Assembly (NCBI RefSeq): GCF_963921235.1
Contig: NC_086110.1
Coordinates: forward strand, 13,144,001-13,208,000
Reading direction: 5' to 3'
Length of the DNA: 64,000 nt
Source of the DNA: Mobula hypostoma
Lineage: Eukaryota
Shown here: one piece after another, positions 25,446 to 38,800 of the stretch
Position numbering within the stretch: the stretch's first letter is position 1
Layout: every line of letters starts with the position of its first letter
The notes under the pieces: generated by a model
Told to the model about the DNA's origin: nothing
The model's database searches: none
Seen by the model: only the letters and a program-made list of their open reading frames with translations
Program-made: the position numbers and the translations under genes

Positions 25446-25872
25446 TCAGACGGAGATATCGGTGAAGTCTACTTTTACATAGATTTGCAATCATCTTCCG
25501 CTTAATAGCGTCATATTAATGACCAAAACATACAGAAAATAATATGAGGAAATGACTTCCACTGAAATCTCTAAATCTTTGAGTGTTTCATGTTAATAGC
25601 TAACCTTCAGTTCCATTAGAAAGCTACAGTTTAGCGGATTGCAGGTTTCCCGGCATTGATTCCAGGGATGTTATGTACTAAGCTGAGAAGCCAGTACTCT
25701 TTGTAGGATATAGATCAATTTTACATGAGCCGCAACTGGTACAGTCATTGCTCCCCATTTACCTAAATATGGTTGCCAATCATCATTAAGTGAACAGGTA
25801 TTAAATCTTTATTGGTACAGTATTTATTGATGTTTTGTTGTGTTCTATATTTTGAATTTTGTGTTTGGACAG

Positions 25873-26733
25873 TGTTACGTACCCCGTAACTGGGTTGCCA
25901 AACCAGCAGAAATGGATCACTCGGTTGGAGTCTGGTTTACTAGAACTAAGAAAGTTTTATTAAAGAAACAAGCAACACAGTAATCGAAAGGATAATAAAT
26001 GCAACAGTTCAGTAATGATAAATACACATGTGCACAGAATTAAGATAACAGCATCAATCAAGCTCTATCGTTGTCCAGGGATAATGACCAATTTCAAAGT
26101 GACACAAAGTTCAGTCCAATTTAGTAGTTCAGTTCGCAGTAATCGTTGCCATGGCAATGGACAACGTGGGGGGAGAGAGAGAGGGAACAGGAACAACTGA
26201 TCATTCAGACACGGCTTCACTCACAGACCGGCGATAAGGCTCACAAGCAGCTTTTGGGCAGGTCCTTGGTGATGTCACCTGAGGTCACCAACTGTGACCC
26301 CTCCTCCAGATGCGGTCGATCCTCTGCAGTGAACCCGGCACCCAGGCAAGGGCGGACACACACCGGGTTCCCGCTGATCGTACCTTTCCACCCTGGCTGT
26401 TGTCTGGTACTGCCCACCGACTCGTGAGAGGCGTACCGCTTCCAGGGTCTCTTTACCTCGGGTGGCGTGTGTGTGTCCTGCCTTAGCGAACCGGTCCCTT
26501 TTTATCCCCCTGCTGGGGTATCGCCTGTCCATCACTTCAAACAGTTCAAGGTTCAAAGGGGGGAGCCGCTCCAGACAGCTCTCTCTCCCCCGTCCCTTCA
26601 TTACAGATCTCCAGACGCTGCTCCATTGTTCCTTATCTCTCCTTCCCCTGGGGACAGGTGGCAGACCACTTGCTGATGTCACTGATGCTAACCCAGGCCA
26701 GCAAACATCTTAATTTTATGTGTATTCGTCACA
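25873..26733 (-). repeat. 3' LTR (861 bp)
   Basis: Near-identical direct repeat of 29893-30753 with scattered substitutions; preceded on the minus strand by the polypurine tract. Confidence 0.95.
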
Positions 26734-27859
26734 CTTCCCCCCTTTAAGGATTTTTACCGGGAGGTAAAAATTACAAACATGAATACATTATTTGATACAC
26801 GCACAATTATACGTTTTTATCAGCTATTTGGCTAACACAGCGAGTTTGAAGTTGTCAACACCTTGACAGACAGTCATCGCATTTTCTGTTCCTTTTACAC
26901 GTGTTATTAATAATCCCTTAGACCAGGCTCCAACTCAGCAAACTTCATAGTGGCCAAAAACACTGATGAATTGCGACCAATGTAACCTCTCATTTGGTTT
27001 TGTCCCGGACCACAATAACAAGGGTCGTCCCATTCCGACTCAGTTTTCTCGTGCAAGGGCTTAATAGGAGGGTGACGGGTATTGACTGCAGAGTTATTGC
27101 AAAACTTCCTGCGGTACCCCACCATCTCCAAGAGCCTTCTGAGGGCCCTCTTGTCTGTCGGGGTTGGGAGGTCAGCGATAGCCTGCACTGTAGCTTGCAT
27201 CGCTGCCAGCTGCCCCTGTGTCACCACAATTCCCAGGTAAGTGACCCTCGTGTGGCCGAATTCATTTTTTTCAAGGTTCACTGTCAAGCTGGCTTCAGAC
27301 AGCCGTATTAAATTGCCAATACACACCTCTATGTTCATCAGCCCTTCAGTCACTGAATTACTCATTATATATGACTGTTGTTTACTAGGCTACGCCTATT
27401 GTAACAGACATCACCCAACGTCCCAGTTCTTTGCATTGCCTCGGGACAATCAAACACACGGGTGCGAGTCGTTTCATTACTTCTTCTAAAGATTCGCTTT
27501 GTTCGGGGATTAAGGGAGCGACCTTATCAGTAGACCTGGCCAAAACAGTAGCCTTCTCCCATCTGATCGAACCCATACTAATCTTTTCAAAATGTTTTTT
27601 TTCTCTTATCAGGGGGCCCCTAGCGTCATTGATTTCCACGCTAACACCGACTGGGTTTGTTAGCATATCAAAAGCCTGTGACCGTCTCAGTTCGCGTCGG
27701 TCATGATCAATAACATTCTTCCCCCTGGGCAGCCGGTACATCTCTTTCATGATTCCACCAACTGTTTCCTCCAGCACCGCAAAATGTCCACCGGGGGGTA
27801 CCTCGTGGGCCATGTGAAGAACCTCATCCCCATAACTCTTTTGCACCACCCCCCACTCC

Positions 27860-29793
27860 TCATCTGCGGGTACTGTACTTCATTTCCCTTTTTTTCCTTA
27901 GCACTTCGTCCTCCGCACAATAGCCTACTAGTTCCCTTGTTAAAGGTGTGTCAGAGAGAGCTGTCTCTGCCGAAACCCTCAGCCCCTCGTCTCGCTGCTG
28001 CGTCTGCACAAATTCTTTCCTGGCTACTGCTACGTCTGTCCCAGCTCCCTCACTGCCTCTTGTCTCACTACCCTCTTTCTTTCCATTTTCTACCCTCTTC
28101 TTGTACAAGGCTGGCAGAAATGTCTTTGCTAAATTTACTACTGCGGTCCCGTGATGAACCTGTGAGTCCATGGGCGGGGCCTCACTGCTGGCAGGCTGAC
28201 CTTTCAAACTCACGACAGGGTTCACGATTCCCACGGCGATGTCATTATCGAGCAAGACTTCCACGCCTTTCATCGGTAATTCGGACCTCACCCCGATCTT
28301 GACTAGTCCAGAGACCAGGTTGCTTTGTAAGTGTATCTGGTGCAAAGGGACTGACTCTGTCCCTTCCCCAACACCTTTGACCTCTACCTCCCCAGTCTGG
28401 GTCTCTGAGCTAAACTCTAATACACTCTTCAGTATTAGTGACTGACACGCTCCTGTGTCTCTCCAGATCCGCACTGGAACTGGTTTTAACCCCTCCTTCA
28501 CTGACACCAGTCCGGCCGAGATAAACCTCTCGCGCCCTTCCTGGACTTTTTCAGACCTGTCCTTCCCTAGCGGTTCGCTTAACAGCTCGATACAGCCATT
28601 CAAAATTTCCGCTTTTCCTTTCCCCGTCTCCTTCCTTGGGGCAAAGCACCTGGACGCAAAGTGTCCGGCTTTCCCACAATTATAACAGACGACCCCAGGA
28701 GACTTCCTACCAGACTGCTCCCGGTCTACCTTATCCTTTTCACTAGTCCCCGGCTTACTTTCTGACTTTTCCGGCGGACTCTCCCCGCCGTCCTGACTAC
28801 CCTTCTGGTAGCCTTTACTCGGGGCAAACTTCATTTTATGCGTCAACGCATACTCATCCGCTAACTTAGCAGTTGCGGCTAACGTGGCTGCCTCTTTCTC
28901 ATCGAGGTAGGGTCTCATACCCTCAGGGACACAACCTTTAAACTGCTCAATCAGGATCAGTTGTAGCAGTCTGTCATAATCCCCCTCTACCCCCTTCGAG
29001 GCGCACCAACGCTCACAATATGTCTGCATCTCACGGGCAAACTCCAAATACGTGCGGTCCCACTGTTTCCTCGCATTCCGGAACCTCTGCCGGTATGCCT
29101 CCGGGACCAACTCATAAATCCTGAGGATGGCCTCTTTCACCACCTCATACCTCTGGGCATTTCCGCGGACAAAGCGGAGTAAGCTTCTTGGGCTTTCCCT
29201 TTCAGTACACTCTGAAGTAACACAGCCCACTTGTCCCTCGGCCATTCCTGACTTACAGCCACTTTTTCGAAGTGGAGAAAGTACCGATCCACGTCGGTAT
29301 CGTCAAATGGGGGAACCAGCCTAACCTCCTGGGTCGCCCGGAACCCTCCACCTTGGTTCAGCACGAGCCCCTGCTCGGCCCTTATCCTTAACTTCTCCAG
29401 CTCAAATTCCCTTTTCCTCTGTTTCTCCTCTCTCTCCAACTGTCTTTCTCTCTCTTGCCTTTCTACCTATTTCTCTCTCTCCTGCCTTTCTAACTGCTTC
29501 TCTTCGTGGTCTAACTGCCGTACCCGGAACTCGTGCTCGAGTCTCAGTTTGAGAAGCTGTACCTGTACCGCGTCTCCAGCAGGTTTTTCAATAGACACCA
29601 CCCCCAGCTCACCTTGGGCAAACACACCTTTAGATACATAGTGCTCTACAATAGCTCTGTGTATCTCCTCTCTCCTCATTGTCGACTTCACCTTAGCAAG
29701 ATTCAACCGTTTGGCCACAGCTATCAATTCCGATTTCCTGGCATCCTCTAATGCCTCCAAGGTCGGCGCCTTTATAAATTCCTCAGCCTCCAT
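27860..29793 (-). pseudogene. Retrotransposon gag-protease ORF, frameshifted into three pieces
   Basis: ORFs 29793-29467, 29439-29137 and 29245-27860 join to FDDTDVDRYFLHFEKVA...LLQSVLKGKAQEAY...YELVPEAYRQRFR...LILIEQFKGCVP, then the zinc knuckle and protease. Confidence 0.85.
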
Positions 29794-29861
29794 TTCTGCT
29801 GTTTGTCTTTTTTTTCTTTCGGGAATTTTAACCCAATCAATTTACTCCGTCCCAAATTTAG

Positions 29862-29890
29862 CGTTCAAAATCCCGGACGAGAAGCCCACT
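29862..29890 (-). promoter_or_regulatory. tRNA-Pro-type primer-binding site (slightly altered)
   Basis: The + strand reads GTTCAAAATCCCGGACGAGAAGCCCA, close to the vertebrate tRNA-Pro 3' end (GTTCAAATCCCGGACGAGCCCCCA), and sits 2-4 nt from the 5' LTR. Confidence 0.75.
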
Positions 29891-29892
29891 TA

Positions 29893-30753
29893 TGTTACGT
29901 ACCCCGTAACTGGGTTGCCAAACCAGCAGAAATGGATCACTCAGTTGGAGTCTAGTTTACTAGAACTAAGAAAGTTTTATTAAAGAAACAAGCAACACAG
30001 TAATCGAAAGGATAATAAATGCCACAGTTCAGTAATGATAAACAAACATGTGCACAGAATTAAGATAACAGCATCAATCAAGCTCTATCGTTGTCCAGGG
30101 ATAAATGACCAATTTCAAAGTGACACAAAGTTCAGTCAAATTTAGTAGTTCAGTTCGCAGTAATCGTTGCCATGGCAATGGACAACGTGGGGGGAGAGAG
30201 AGAGGGAACAGGAACAACTGATCATTCAGACACGGCTTCACCACCTTGCGGCGATATGGCTCACAAGCAGCTTTTGGGCAGGTCCTTGGTGATGTCACCT
30301 GAGGTCACCGACTGTGACCCCTCCTCCAGATGCGGTCGATCTTCTGCAGTGAACCCGGCACTCAGGCAAGGGCGGACACACACCGGGTTCCCGCTGATCG
30401 TACCTTTCCACCCTGGCCGTTGTCTGATACTTCCCACCGACTCGTGAGAGGAGTACCGCTTCCAGGGTCTCGTTACCTCCGGTGGCGTGTGTGTGTCCTG
30501 CCTTAGCGAACCGGTCCCTTTTTATCCCCCTGCTGGGGTATCGCCTGTTCATCACTTCAAACAGTTCAAGGTTCAAAGGGGGGAGCCGCTCCAGACAGCT
30601 GTCTCTCCCCCATCCCTTCATTACACATCTCCAGATGCTGCTCTATTGTTCCTTATCTCTCCTTCCCCTGGGGACAGGTGGCAGACCATTTGCTGATGTC
30701 ACTGATGCTAACCCAGGCCAGCAAACATCTTAATTTTATGTGCATTCGTCACA
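29893..30753 (-). repeat. 5' LTR (861 bp)
   Basis: Direct repeat of 25873-26733; followed on the minus strand by the PBS. Confidence 0.95.
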
Positions 30754-31069
30754 ACAGAAACCCCTGCAGTAAAAAAATCTTGTTAGATTTATTTTTGATT
30801 GGATTTTATTTTCGGTAAACCAGAATCCAACAGCATCATCTATAATTTAAGAACGAGGGTTCAGGATTTTATATTGAGCTAAGATTAAAAACTGAAGTTG
30901 CAGATATCTAGAATGGCGATGGGAACCAGTCAGCAAATATAGGTGTTAAAACTAACCAGTGACATCGCATAATAATACTACTCACAAGTCAACTTCAGCT
31001 TGGTGATTGGATCCAATGGGCAAAACATGATGGGAAATGGAAGCGAGTTGATACTGAATTGCTACTATT

Positions 31070-31400
31070 ATACCGCGCTGAGCATTCTAACAGGCAACTT
31101 CACTGTCTGGTAAGGAGTTGGTCTACTGCACAGGATCAAAAGAATCGACAGAAAGTTGTAAAAGTAGTCAGCTCCATGATTGATGCTAGCTTCCGTACTA
31201 TCCAAGACATCTTCAAGAACGGTGCCTCAGAAAGTTGTCATCAATTATTAAGGATCTCCATCATCCAAAACATGGCCTCTTCTCATTATTACCATCTGGA
31301 AGAAGGGAAAAAATACTGATTGGACACACTCAGTGATTCAGGAACAGCTTCTTCCTTCCCCTCCGCCACCAGATTTCGAAATGGAAATTGAACCCATAAA
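31070..31400 (+). mobile_element. Rex1/Babar-like LINE 3' fragment
   Basis: Degenerate C-terminal pattern (...KVVKVVSSMI...IIKDLHHPKHGLFSLLPSGRR...RNSFF...) recognisable across frameshifts. Confidence 0.6.
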
Positions 31401-31419
31401 CACTACCCCACTTTTTATT

Positions 31420-31451
31420 ATTTCTCTTCTTTCATTGTTTTTAATTTAACT

Positions 31452-31507
<56 letters not shown>

Positions 31508-32670
31508 GGCAGGTATCACAGCTTCTAAACGCTTTCTGTAGCCAGCTAAGAGTCTTTCAATTTTTGTTTGGGAGTTTTTTCCCCATTCTTCCTTGCAAAA
31601 AAAGCTTCTAGTCCTATTACATGATTGGGCCGTCTTGCATGCACTGCTCTTTTGAGGGCTATCCACAGATTTTCGATGATATTTAGGTCGGGGGACTGTG
31701 AGGGCCATGGCAAAACCGTCAGCTTACTCCTCTTGAGGTAGTCCATTGTGGATTTTGAGGTGTGTTTATCCTGTTGAAGAAGCCATCCTCCATCATCTTA
31801 AGCTTTTTTACAGACGGTGTGATGTTTACTTCCAGAATTTGCTGGTATTTAATTGAATTCATTCTTCCCTCTACCAGTGAAATGTTCCCCGTGCCACTGG
31901 CTGCAACAGAAGCCAGTGGCATGATCGAACCACCCTCATGCTTAACAATTGTAGAAGTGTTCTTTTCATGAAATTCTTCACCCTTTTGTCTCCAAACATA
32001 CCTTTGCTCAATGCAGCCAACACGTTCTTTTTTTTTAACTTTATCAGTCCACAGGACTTGTTTCCAAATTGCATAAGGCATGCTTAGATGTTCCTTTGCA
32101 AACTTCTGACGCTGAATTTTGTGGTGAGGACGAAGGTAAAGTTTTCTTCGAAGACTGTTCCACTAAGGTCATATTTGTGCAGGTGTAGCTCCATTGTCTG
32201 CTAATTCTTCCTGAAGGCCTTCCGCAGTCAAAAGGGGGTTTTCAGTTGCTTTTCAAGCAATCTCACGAGCAGATCTCTTTGAAAGTTTTCTTGGTCCTCC
32301 AGACCTCAACTTGACTTCCACTGGTCCTGTTAACTGCCATTTCTTAATTACATTAGGAAGTGAGGAAACGGCTACCCGAAAAGACTTTGCTATCTTCTTA
32401 TAGACTTCTGCTGCTTTGTGGGCATCATTTAGTTTAATTTTCAGAGTGCCTGGCAGCTGCGTAGAGGAGCCTATGGCCGCTGATCGTTGGGACAAGGTTT
32501 GAGGAGTCGGGGTATTTATAAAGCTTCGAAATTTGCTTCGTCTGGCCTTTCCTAACGAGGATTCTCAACAGGCCATGGCCCTAAAAAGCTAATTAAGGTC
32601 TGAGACCTTGGTAAAAGTTATCTGAGTGATCAAATCTTTTGGGGTGCTTAAACATTTGCATGGCGTTCTA
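31420..32670 (-). mobile_element. Tc1/mariner DNA transposon remnant (transposase pseudogene)
   Basis: Minus ORF pieces LKIKLNDAHKA...IAKSF...SGGPRKLS (HTH), WKQVLWTD, VKHEGGSIM, WPSQSPDLNIIENLW (DD34E-family signature). TIR-like GGGGTGCTTAAACATTTGCA at 32641-32660; the other TIR is not evident. Confidence 0.88.
31455..31502. repeat. (AC)24 microsatellite
   Basis: Directly visible. Confidence 0.97.
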
Positions 32671-32716
32671 TCACTGTCCTGATCGGTTATTCTCCGGGTA
32701 CCTTCAAATTTACTTG

Positions 32717-33549
32717 TGTCACGATCAGGACTGTTGACTCCTTGTTTCCCTTAATTCATTCTTTCTCCGTGTTTCTTGGGCTCTGTAATTAAAAGCACTT
32801 GCGTCTCAGCTGAACGAGCAGTATTTAGTGTCGGGCTCATAGCTACTCGGTGCTAGATCGTCATCGGACGTCACGGAAGCAAATGCGAGCATGTCACCCT
32901 GCCGGAACGAGCCAAGTTACATCGCTGGAGCTACTCAAGTCTTTTCCCGGCAGCGAGTGCCTGTAAGTCGCCTCTCCTCGCCGGAACCAGCCTGTTAAGC
33001 TACCTTGCCTGATCGAGCCGATATGCTACCTCGCCGGAGCGGGTCCCTTGAGTTAAACCGCCGGAGTGAGACTACAGCCTCTGTCCAAGGGCCGCGTCAA
33101 GGGCTGGCTACTACTTGGAGTTATTTCGTGTCAAGGTATGAAGTGTCTATCGTTGTGTGGTACCGTCTCTTCACCTCCTCGTCTCCACTGAGTAGTTCCG
33201 GCCAATTGCGGCTACTCTGAGTTGGAGATTCCTGTCTCTGTTTTCTGCGTCCTGTGTCTAAAGAAGAGTTCCGGCTCCATGTCTTGTGTCCAAGGACACA
33301 TCCCGGCTGAGTGATCCGTGCCCTGTGTCTGAAAAGGAATCCCGCCTCTATGTCCTGTACCCAAGGAAGAGCCCCAGCTCAGTGTTCTGTGTCCTGTGTC
33401 TAAGAAAGGTCCGCGTCTCTGGTGCTCCGAGCTCCCAGTCCGCGTCTCTGGTGCTCCGAGCTCCCAGTCCGCGTCTCTGGTGCTCCGAGCTCCCAGTCCG
33501 CGTCTCTGGTGCTCCGAGGTCGGCCTTCGGGAAGAAAAGAGGGGAGACA
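32717..33549 (+). mobile_element. Solo-LTR-like element with internal short tandem repeats (29-bp unit, about 3.7 copies at 33411-33518)
   Basis: Starts TGTCACG and ends GAGACA, with GC-rich LTR-like composition. Unit CCGCGTCTCTGGTGCTCCGAGCTCCCAGT starts at 33411, 33440, 33469 and 33498. No matching TSD found, so the ends are uncertain. Confidence 0.55.
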
Positions 33550-33589
33550 TAGGACTGGTTTGAAGCGAGCTCAAGTCAGCTTACCGCTG

Positions 33590-35760
33590 TCACTGAGGTG
33601 AAGCGTGTTGCACTACTAGAGCAAAACGTCACCGCACCCAGGCAACACTACAAGCGCTAAGGACAGCAAGAAGCAAGGCCCAGGAAACAGCCAGACCCTG
33701 TGCAAATGACTACTGGCTACAACTATGCGTAAGGATTCAGTCATCAGTTGACACAGGTAACGTCCGTGGAATGTACAAGGGTATCAAGAAAACCATCGGG
33801 CCAACCCAGAGCAAGGCAGCACCATTTAGAACCTTAACAGGCAAGACCATCTATGACAAAGGCAAGCAAATGGAGAGAAAGGTGGAGCATTACTCTGAAC
33901 TCTTCTCCGGAGAAAGCAGCATCTCCGACAACGCGCTAGACGACGTGGAATGCCTGCCTGTCATGAGGAACTTGATGCATTGCCGACTGCCGAAGAGCTG
34001 AGTAAAGCTATTGACAACCTTCCCACTGGGAAGGCACCAAGTTTGGATGGCAGTCCACCAGATGCCATCAAATAGGCAAAGGTCATCCTGCTAAATCACC
34101 TGCACCAACCACTGTGCCAGTGCTGGATAGAGGGAGCAGTGCCAGAAGACATGAGAGACTGCAACATTGTGATGATATATAAGAACAAAAGGGATAGAAG
34201 CGACTGCGATAACTTCAGGGGGATCTCCTTGCTGAGCATTGTTGGGACGATCTTCGCCCGCGTGCTCCTGTACAGACTGCAGAAAATAGCCGTAAGGGTA
34301 TATCCCGAGTCTCAGTGCGATTTCAGGTGAGAACGCTCCACAATCGATATGATCTTCTCCCTTCGACAGCTACAAGAGAAATGCAGAGAGCAAAGACTCT
34401 ACGTCGCTTTCATTGACCTTACGAAGGCCTTCGACCGGTGAACAGAGACGGCTTGCTGAAAATCCTCGCCAGGATTGGTTATCCTCCGCGGCTCCTCAGG
34501 ATAGTTAAGTCATTCCGCATGGTCATGAAGGGCGTCGTTCTGTTCGACGGCTCTTCTTCGGAGGCCTTCAACATCCGCAGCAGTGTGAAGCAGGGCTGTG
34601 TGCTTGCCCCCACCTTGTTCGGCATCTTCTTCGTAGTAATCCTGAAGCACGCCTTTTTTGGAACATCAACTGCTGGTGTCTACCTCCACACCAGTTCGGA
34701 TAGGAGGCTGTTCACTCTGTCTCGTGCTGAGGGCGAAAACCAAGTTTCGAGAAGTACTCATCAGGGACATGTTGTTGGCAGACGACATGGCACTGGCGAC
34801 GCACTCTGAAGGGCAACTGCAACGCCTCATGGACAGCTTCTCAAGAGCCTGCCAGGATATCCGCTTGACCATCAGCCTGAAGAAGACCAACGTGTTGGGC
34901 CAGGGCGTTGAGCAACCCCCTGTCATTACCATCAACAACTACGAGCTGGAGGTAGTTCACGAGTTTACGTACCCTGGCTCCACGATCACGGACATCCTCC
35001 CTAGACCCCGAGACCAACAGACCTATCGGACGAGCAGCCTCAACATTCGCCAGGCTCACAAAAAGAGTATTGGAGAATAGAAAGCTGACGACGCACACCA
35101 AGGTTGCAATTTACCGGGCCTGCTTCCTCAGTACACTGCTTTACGGCACTGAACTCCATACAAGAGTGGCGTCTCAATGCCTTCCACCTTCGCAGCCTGA
35201 GACGCATCCTCGACATTAAGTGGCTTGACCGAGTTACCAACAATGTGGTCCTGGCCCGCACCCAGATACCCAGCCTCTTCATCCTGCTCCAAAAACACCG
35301 TCTCCGCTGGCTGGGTCACGTACACCGCATGTCAGACAGGAGGATCCCGAAAGATCTGCTGTACGGGGAACTGGCATCCGGCAAAAGAGCACAAGGGCGG
35401 ACCCATCTTCGTTTGAAGGATGTCTGCAAGAGAGACATGAAGTCACTGAACATGAACCTCGAGAGGTGGGAGGACATTGCAAGCGATCGATCTGGCTGGA
35501 AGCTGGAACTACGCAGAGGTCTAAAAAGAGGAGAAGAGAAGCTTAAGCTTGCTGCTGAAGAAAAGTGGACTCATCGCGAAAAAACAGCACCAAGACAACA
35601 CTGGAGGACAGCGCCTTCAAGTGCAGTCGCTGCAGCCGAGACCGTCACTCGCGTGTGGGCCTCTACAGCCACAACAAACGCTGCTCAATCAACACAGTCT
35701 CAAGCAAGGCTCTCCAGGCGCAGATCCATGCTCTCGCGAGACTAATGGATACCACAACAT
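33590..35760 (+). mobile_element. RTE-clade LINE, 5'-truncated, frameshifted
   Basis: Fragments IYKNKRDRSDCDNFRGISLLSIVG, VYPESQCDFR, KQGCVLAPTLF, LLADDMAL, LRWLGHVHRM and the C-terminal CSRCSR...GLYSHNKRC zinc finger. Confidence 0.9.
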
Positions 35761-35838
35761 CTTCCTGTTATATGAATGGTTGAAAAGTTTAAAGCTCAAA
35801 AGTTCGAAGTTAGAATTAATTTTATTTTCAAAGTATGC

Positions 35839-38800
35839 TGTGACGCTTAACCAAGCTATTGGACCATTGATGCTAATGAGAGAGATAAGAGAGACAATGG
35901 AGAAACATTCAAAATGTTAATAAGAGAGCAGAGACGGATGAACGGAAAAGAAACACAATTCAGAATTTTGACAGACCAGTTGCTTTGAAGTTTGATGGAC
36001 AGGTGATACCCCAGCAAGGAGATAAAAACAGCACGTTCGCTGAGGCACGGGACACCACGAGACCACGAGACAACGAGACCCTGGAAAGAGCGGTGTGCCC
36101 CGACAAGTGGTGCGATTTTGGAGGTCCGGTTCGCGTAAACCGACCATAGACTCACAGTGTGTAAACGTACGATCGGTGGTACCCTGGTGTGTGTGTCCGC
36201 CCTTGCCTGGGTGCCGGGTTCACTCAGTGGGAATTATGACAGACTGCTGCAGCTAATACAGATTAAGCAATTAAAGGTTGTGTCCCTGAAGGTATGAAGC
36301 CCTATCTAGATGAGAAAGAGGCAGAAACCTTAGCCGCAACTGTTAACACACAAAGCAGAATTTACCCCGAGTAAAAACTACCAGAAGGGTAGTCGAGAGG
36401 GCGAAGAGAGTTCGCCGGAAAAACCAAAAAGTAAGCCGGGGACTAGTGAGAAGGATAAGGAAGACAGGAAGCTGTTTGGTAGGAAGTCTCATGGAGTCGT
36501 ATGCTATAATTGTGGGAAAGCCGATCACTCTGCGTCCAGCTGCTTTGCCCCAAAGAAGGAGACGGGGAAAGGAAAATCATCGGTTCCGACTGGCTGTATT
36601 GAGCCGGCAAACAAACCGCTAGGGGAGAAGAGGTCTCATAGAGTTCAGGAAGGGCGCGAGAATTCATTTCGGCCGGATTGGTGTCGGTGAAGGAGGAGTC
36701 AAAACCAGTTCCCGTACCGATCTGGAGAGACACTGGGGCTTGTCAGTCATTGATCTTAAGGAGTGTGTTAGCCTTCAGTTCAGAGACCGAGACTGGGGAG
36801 GTCAGTGTGATAAAAGGCATTTTGAAAAGGACTGAAGCAGCACCTTTGCACCAGATACAGCTAAAAAGCGACTTGGTCTCCGGACCGGTCACGATAGGGG
36901 TGAGGCCCGAACTACCGATCGAAGACGTGGAGGTCTTACTCGGTAATGACCTTGCAGGCGGAGAGGTGTACCCAGCCGTAAAGCTGACAAGCAAGCCTGC
37001 CAGGATTTAGACCCGCCCATGGGCTCACAGGTTTATCCCGTTTGCGCAGTAACTCAGCGCATGTCCACAAAGGCTGCCGAAGCGAATATAGATTTAGCTG
37101 AGATGTTTTTACCAGCCTTGTACCAAGAGGGGTTAGAAAGTGAGAAGAAGGAGTATAGTGGAGCGGAATGAAGTGAGGGAGTTGAGGTAGACTTATCATT
37201 AGCAAGGGAAGAATTTATACAGGCACATGAACGAGACGAGGAGCTGATGGTTTTGATGGAGACAGCTCTCTCCGAAGCAGAATTTAAAAAAGAGCCAGTG
37301 GGCTATTATGTGAAGGAGGGAGTACTAATGAGGAAATGGAGACCAAGTACCGTGCCCGCAGATTAGGAATGGGGGGTGGTGCACCCGGTGGTAGTGCCGA
37401 AAATTTATAGGGACGGGATTTTTAACCTGACCAACAAGATACCCCTCGGTGGACATTTTGGGGTGAGGAAGACAGTCGATAGAATTATGAAAGAGATTTA
37501 CTGGGCGAGCATGAGGGAGGATATTATTGAGTATTGCAGACGTGAGCCGACACAGTTAGAGCCTATTTATATGTTAACAGCTTACCACGATAAGAAAGCA
37601 GACCTCGTCAGTGTTATCACGAAAATTAATGAGGCTACGGTGCCACCTGATAAGGGGAAAACCCATCTTGAAATGATAAATATGGTGCCGACCAGATTGG
37701 AGAACTCTATTGTTTTGGCCAACTTTGCTGATAAGGTCTCTCACTTAACCCCCGAACAGAGCGAGCAGCTGTTAAAGCTAATTAACCGACACGCAGACGT
37801 ATATCTAGATGTCCCGAGGCGAATCAAGGGGACGGGACATGATGTTGTTGTCACATTAGGTCAGCCTAGTAAGTAAAACCCCTATAGGATGATTAATTCA
37901 GTGATAAAAGGAATAAAGAACGCAGAAGCGTATATTGAAGACTTAGTGGTCTGGAGTGACACGTGGGAGGAGCACATTTTGACAGTAGAGGAACTGTTTA
38001 AACGGCTGTCTGAAGCCAACCTGACGGTGAACCTCACAAAAAGTGAATTCGGCCACGCGAAGGTCACTTATCTGGGATTTGTAGTCGGACCTGGCACCGA
38101 TGCAGGCTAAGGCGCAGGCTATCTCTGAAGTCCCTATCCCGACAGACAAGAGACCCCTTAGAAGGTTCTTGGGGATGGTGGGGTACTATCAGAAGTTTTG
38201 CACAATCTTTCCGGATATTACCCTCCCTCTTACTAAGCTCTTGCCAAAGAGGGCGCCGTTTGTGTGGGACAAGCTTTGTCAACAGGCCTTCGAAAGTCTG
38301 AAGGCGATTCTGTGTCACCATCCTGTGCTGAATGCGTCTGACTTTTCAAAACCCTTCTCCCTAGCAACAGATGCTAGCGACGAAGCAACTGGGGCGGTGC
38401 TGTTGCAGACGGACAAAGAGGAGATTGACCACGCAGTGGCTTATTTTTCTAAGAAATTTAATGTCCATCAGAGAAATTATTCCACTGTAGAGAAGGGATT
38501 ACTGGCAATCATACTAGCATTGCAATATTTTGAGGTTTATATTTGTCCGGCACGAAAACCACTGATAATTTACACTGATCACAACCCATTAGTGTTTTTG
38601 GCCATTACGAAGGATAAAAACAAAAGGTTACTAAGCTGCAGCCTGGTCGTACAGGAATTTGATGTTAAAATAAAACATATAAAAGGAACGGACAATGTGA
38701 TTTCTGACTGTCTGTCAAGGTGTTGAAACTTAAAGTTCTCTGTATTAGCAGAATAGCTGATGACTACCTGTATATTAGATTGTATCTAATAAGGGCATTC

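Larger units (their letters stand above)
25873..30753 (-). mobile_element. Gmr1-like Gypsy element with both LTRs and TSD; internally deleted (non-autonomous)
   Basis: Two 861-bp TG...CA LTRs (25873-26733, 29893-30753) with ACAG on both flanks (25869-25872, 30754-30757). Polypurine tract at 26734-26743 (AAGGGGGGAAG on minus) and PBS at about 29866-29890. Gag has a SCAN-like capsid region, CYNCGKAGHFASRC and IWRDTGA protease. Integrase core and most of RT are missing. Confidence 0.95.

Noticed and set aside
29862-29890. tRNA-Pro-like sequence as a tRNA gene
   Set aside because: Only the 3' ~25 nt are present and they abut an LTR; it is a primer-binding site.
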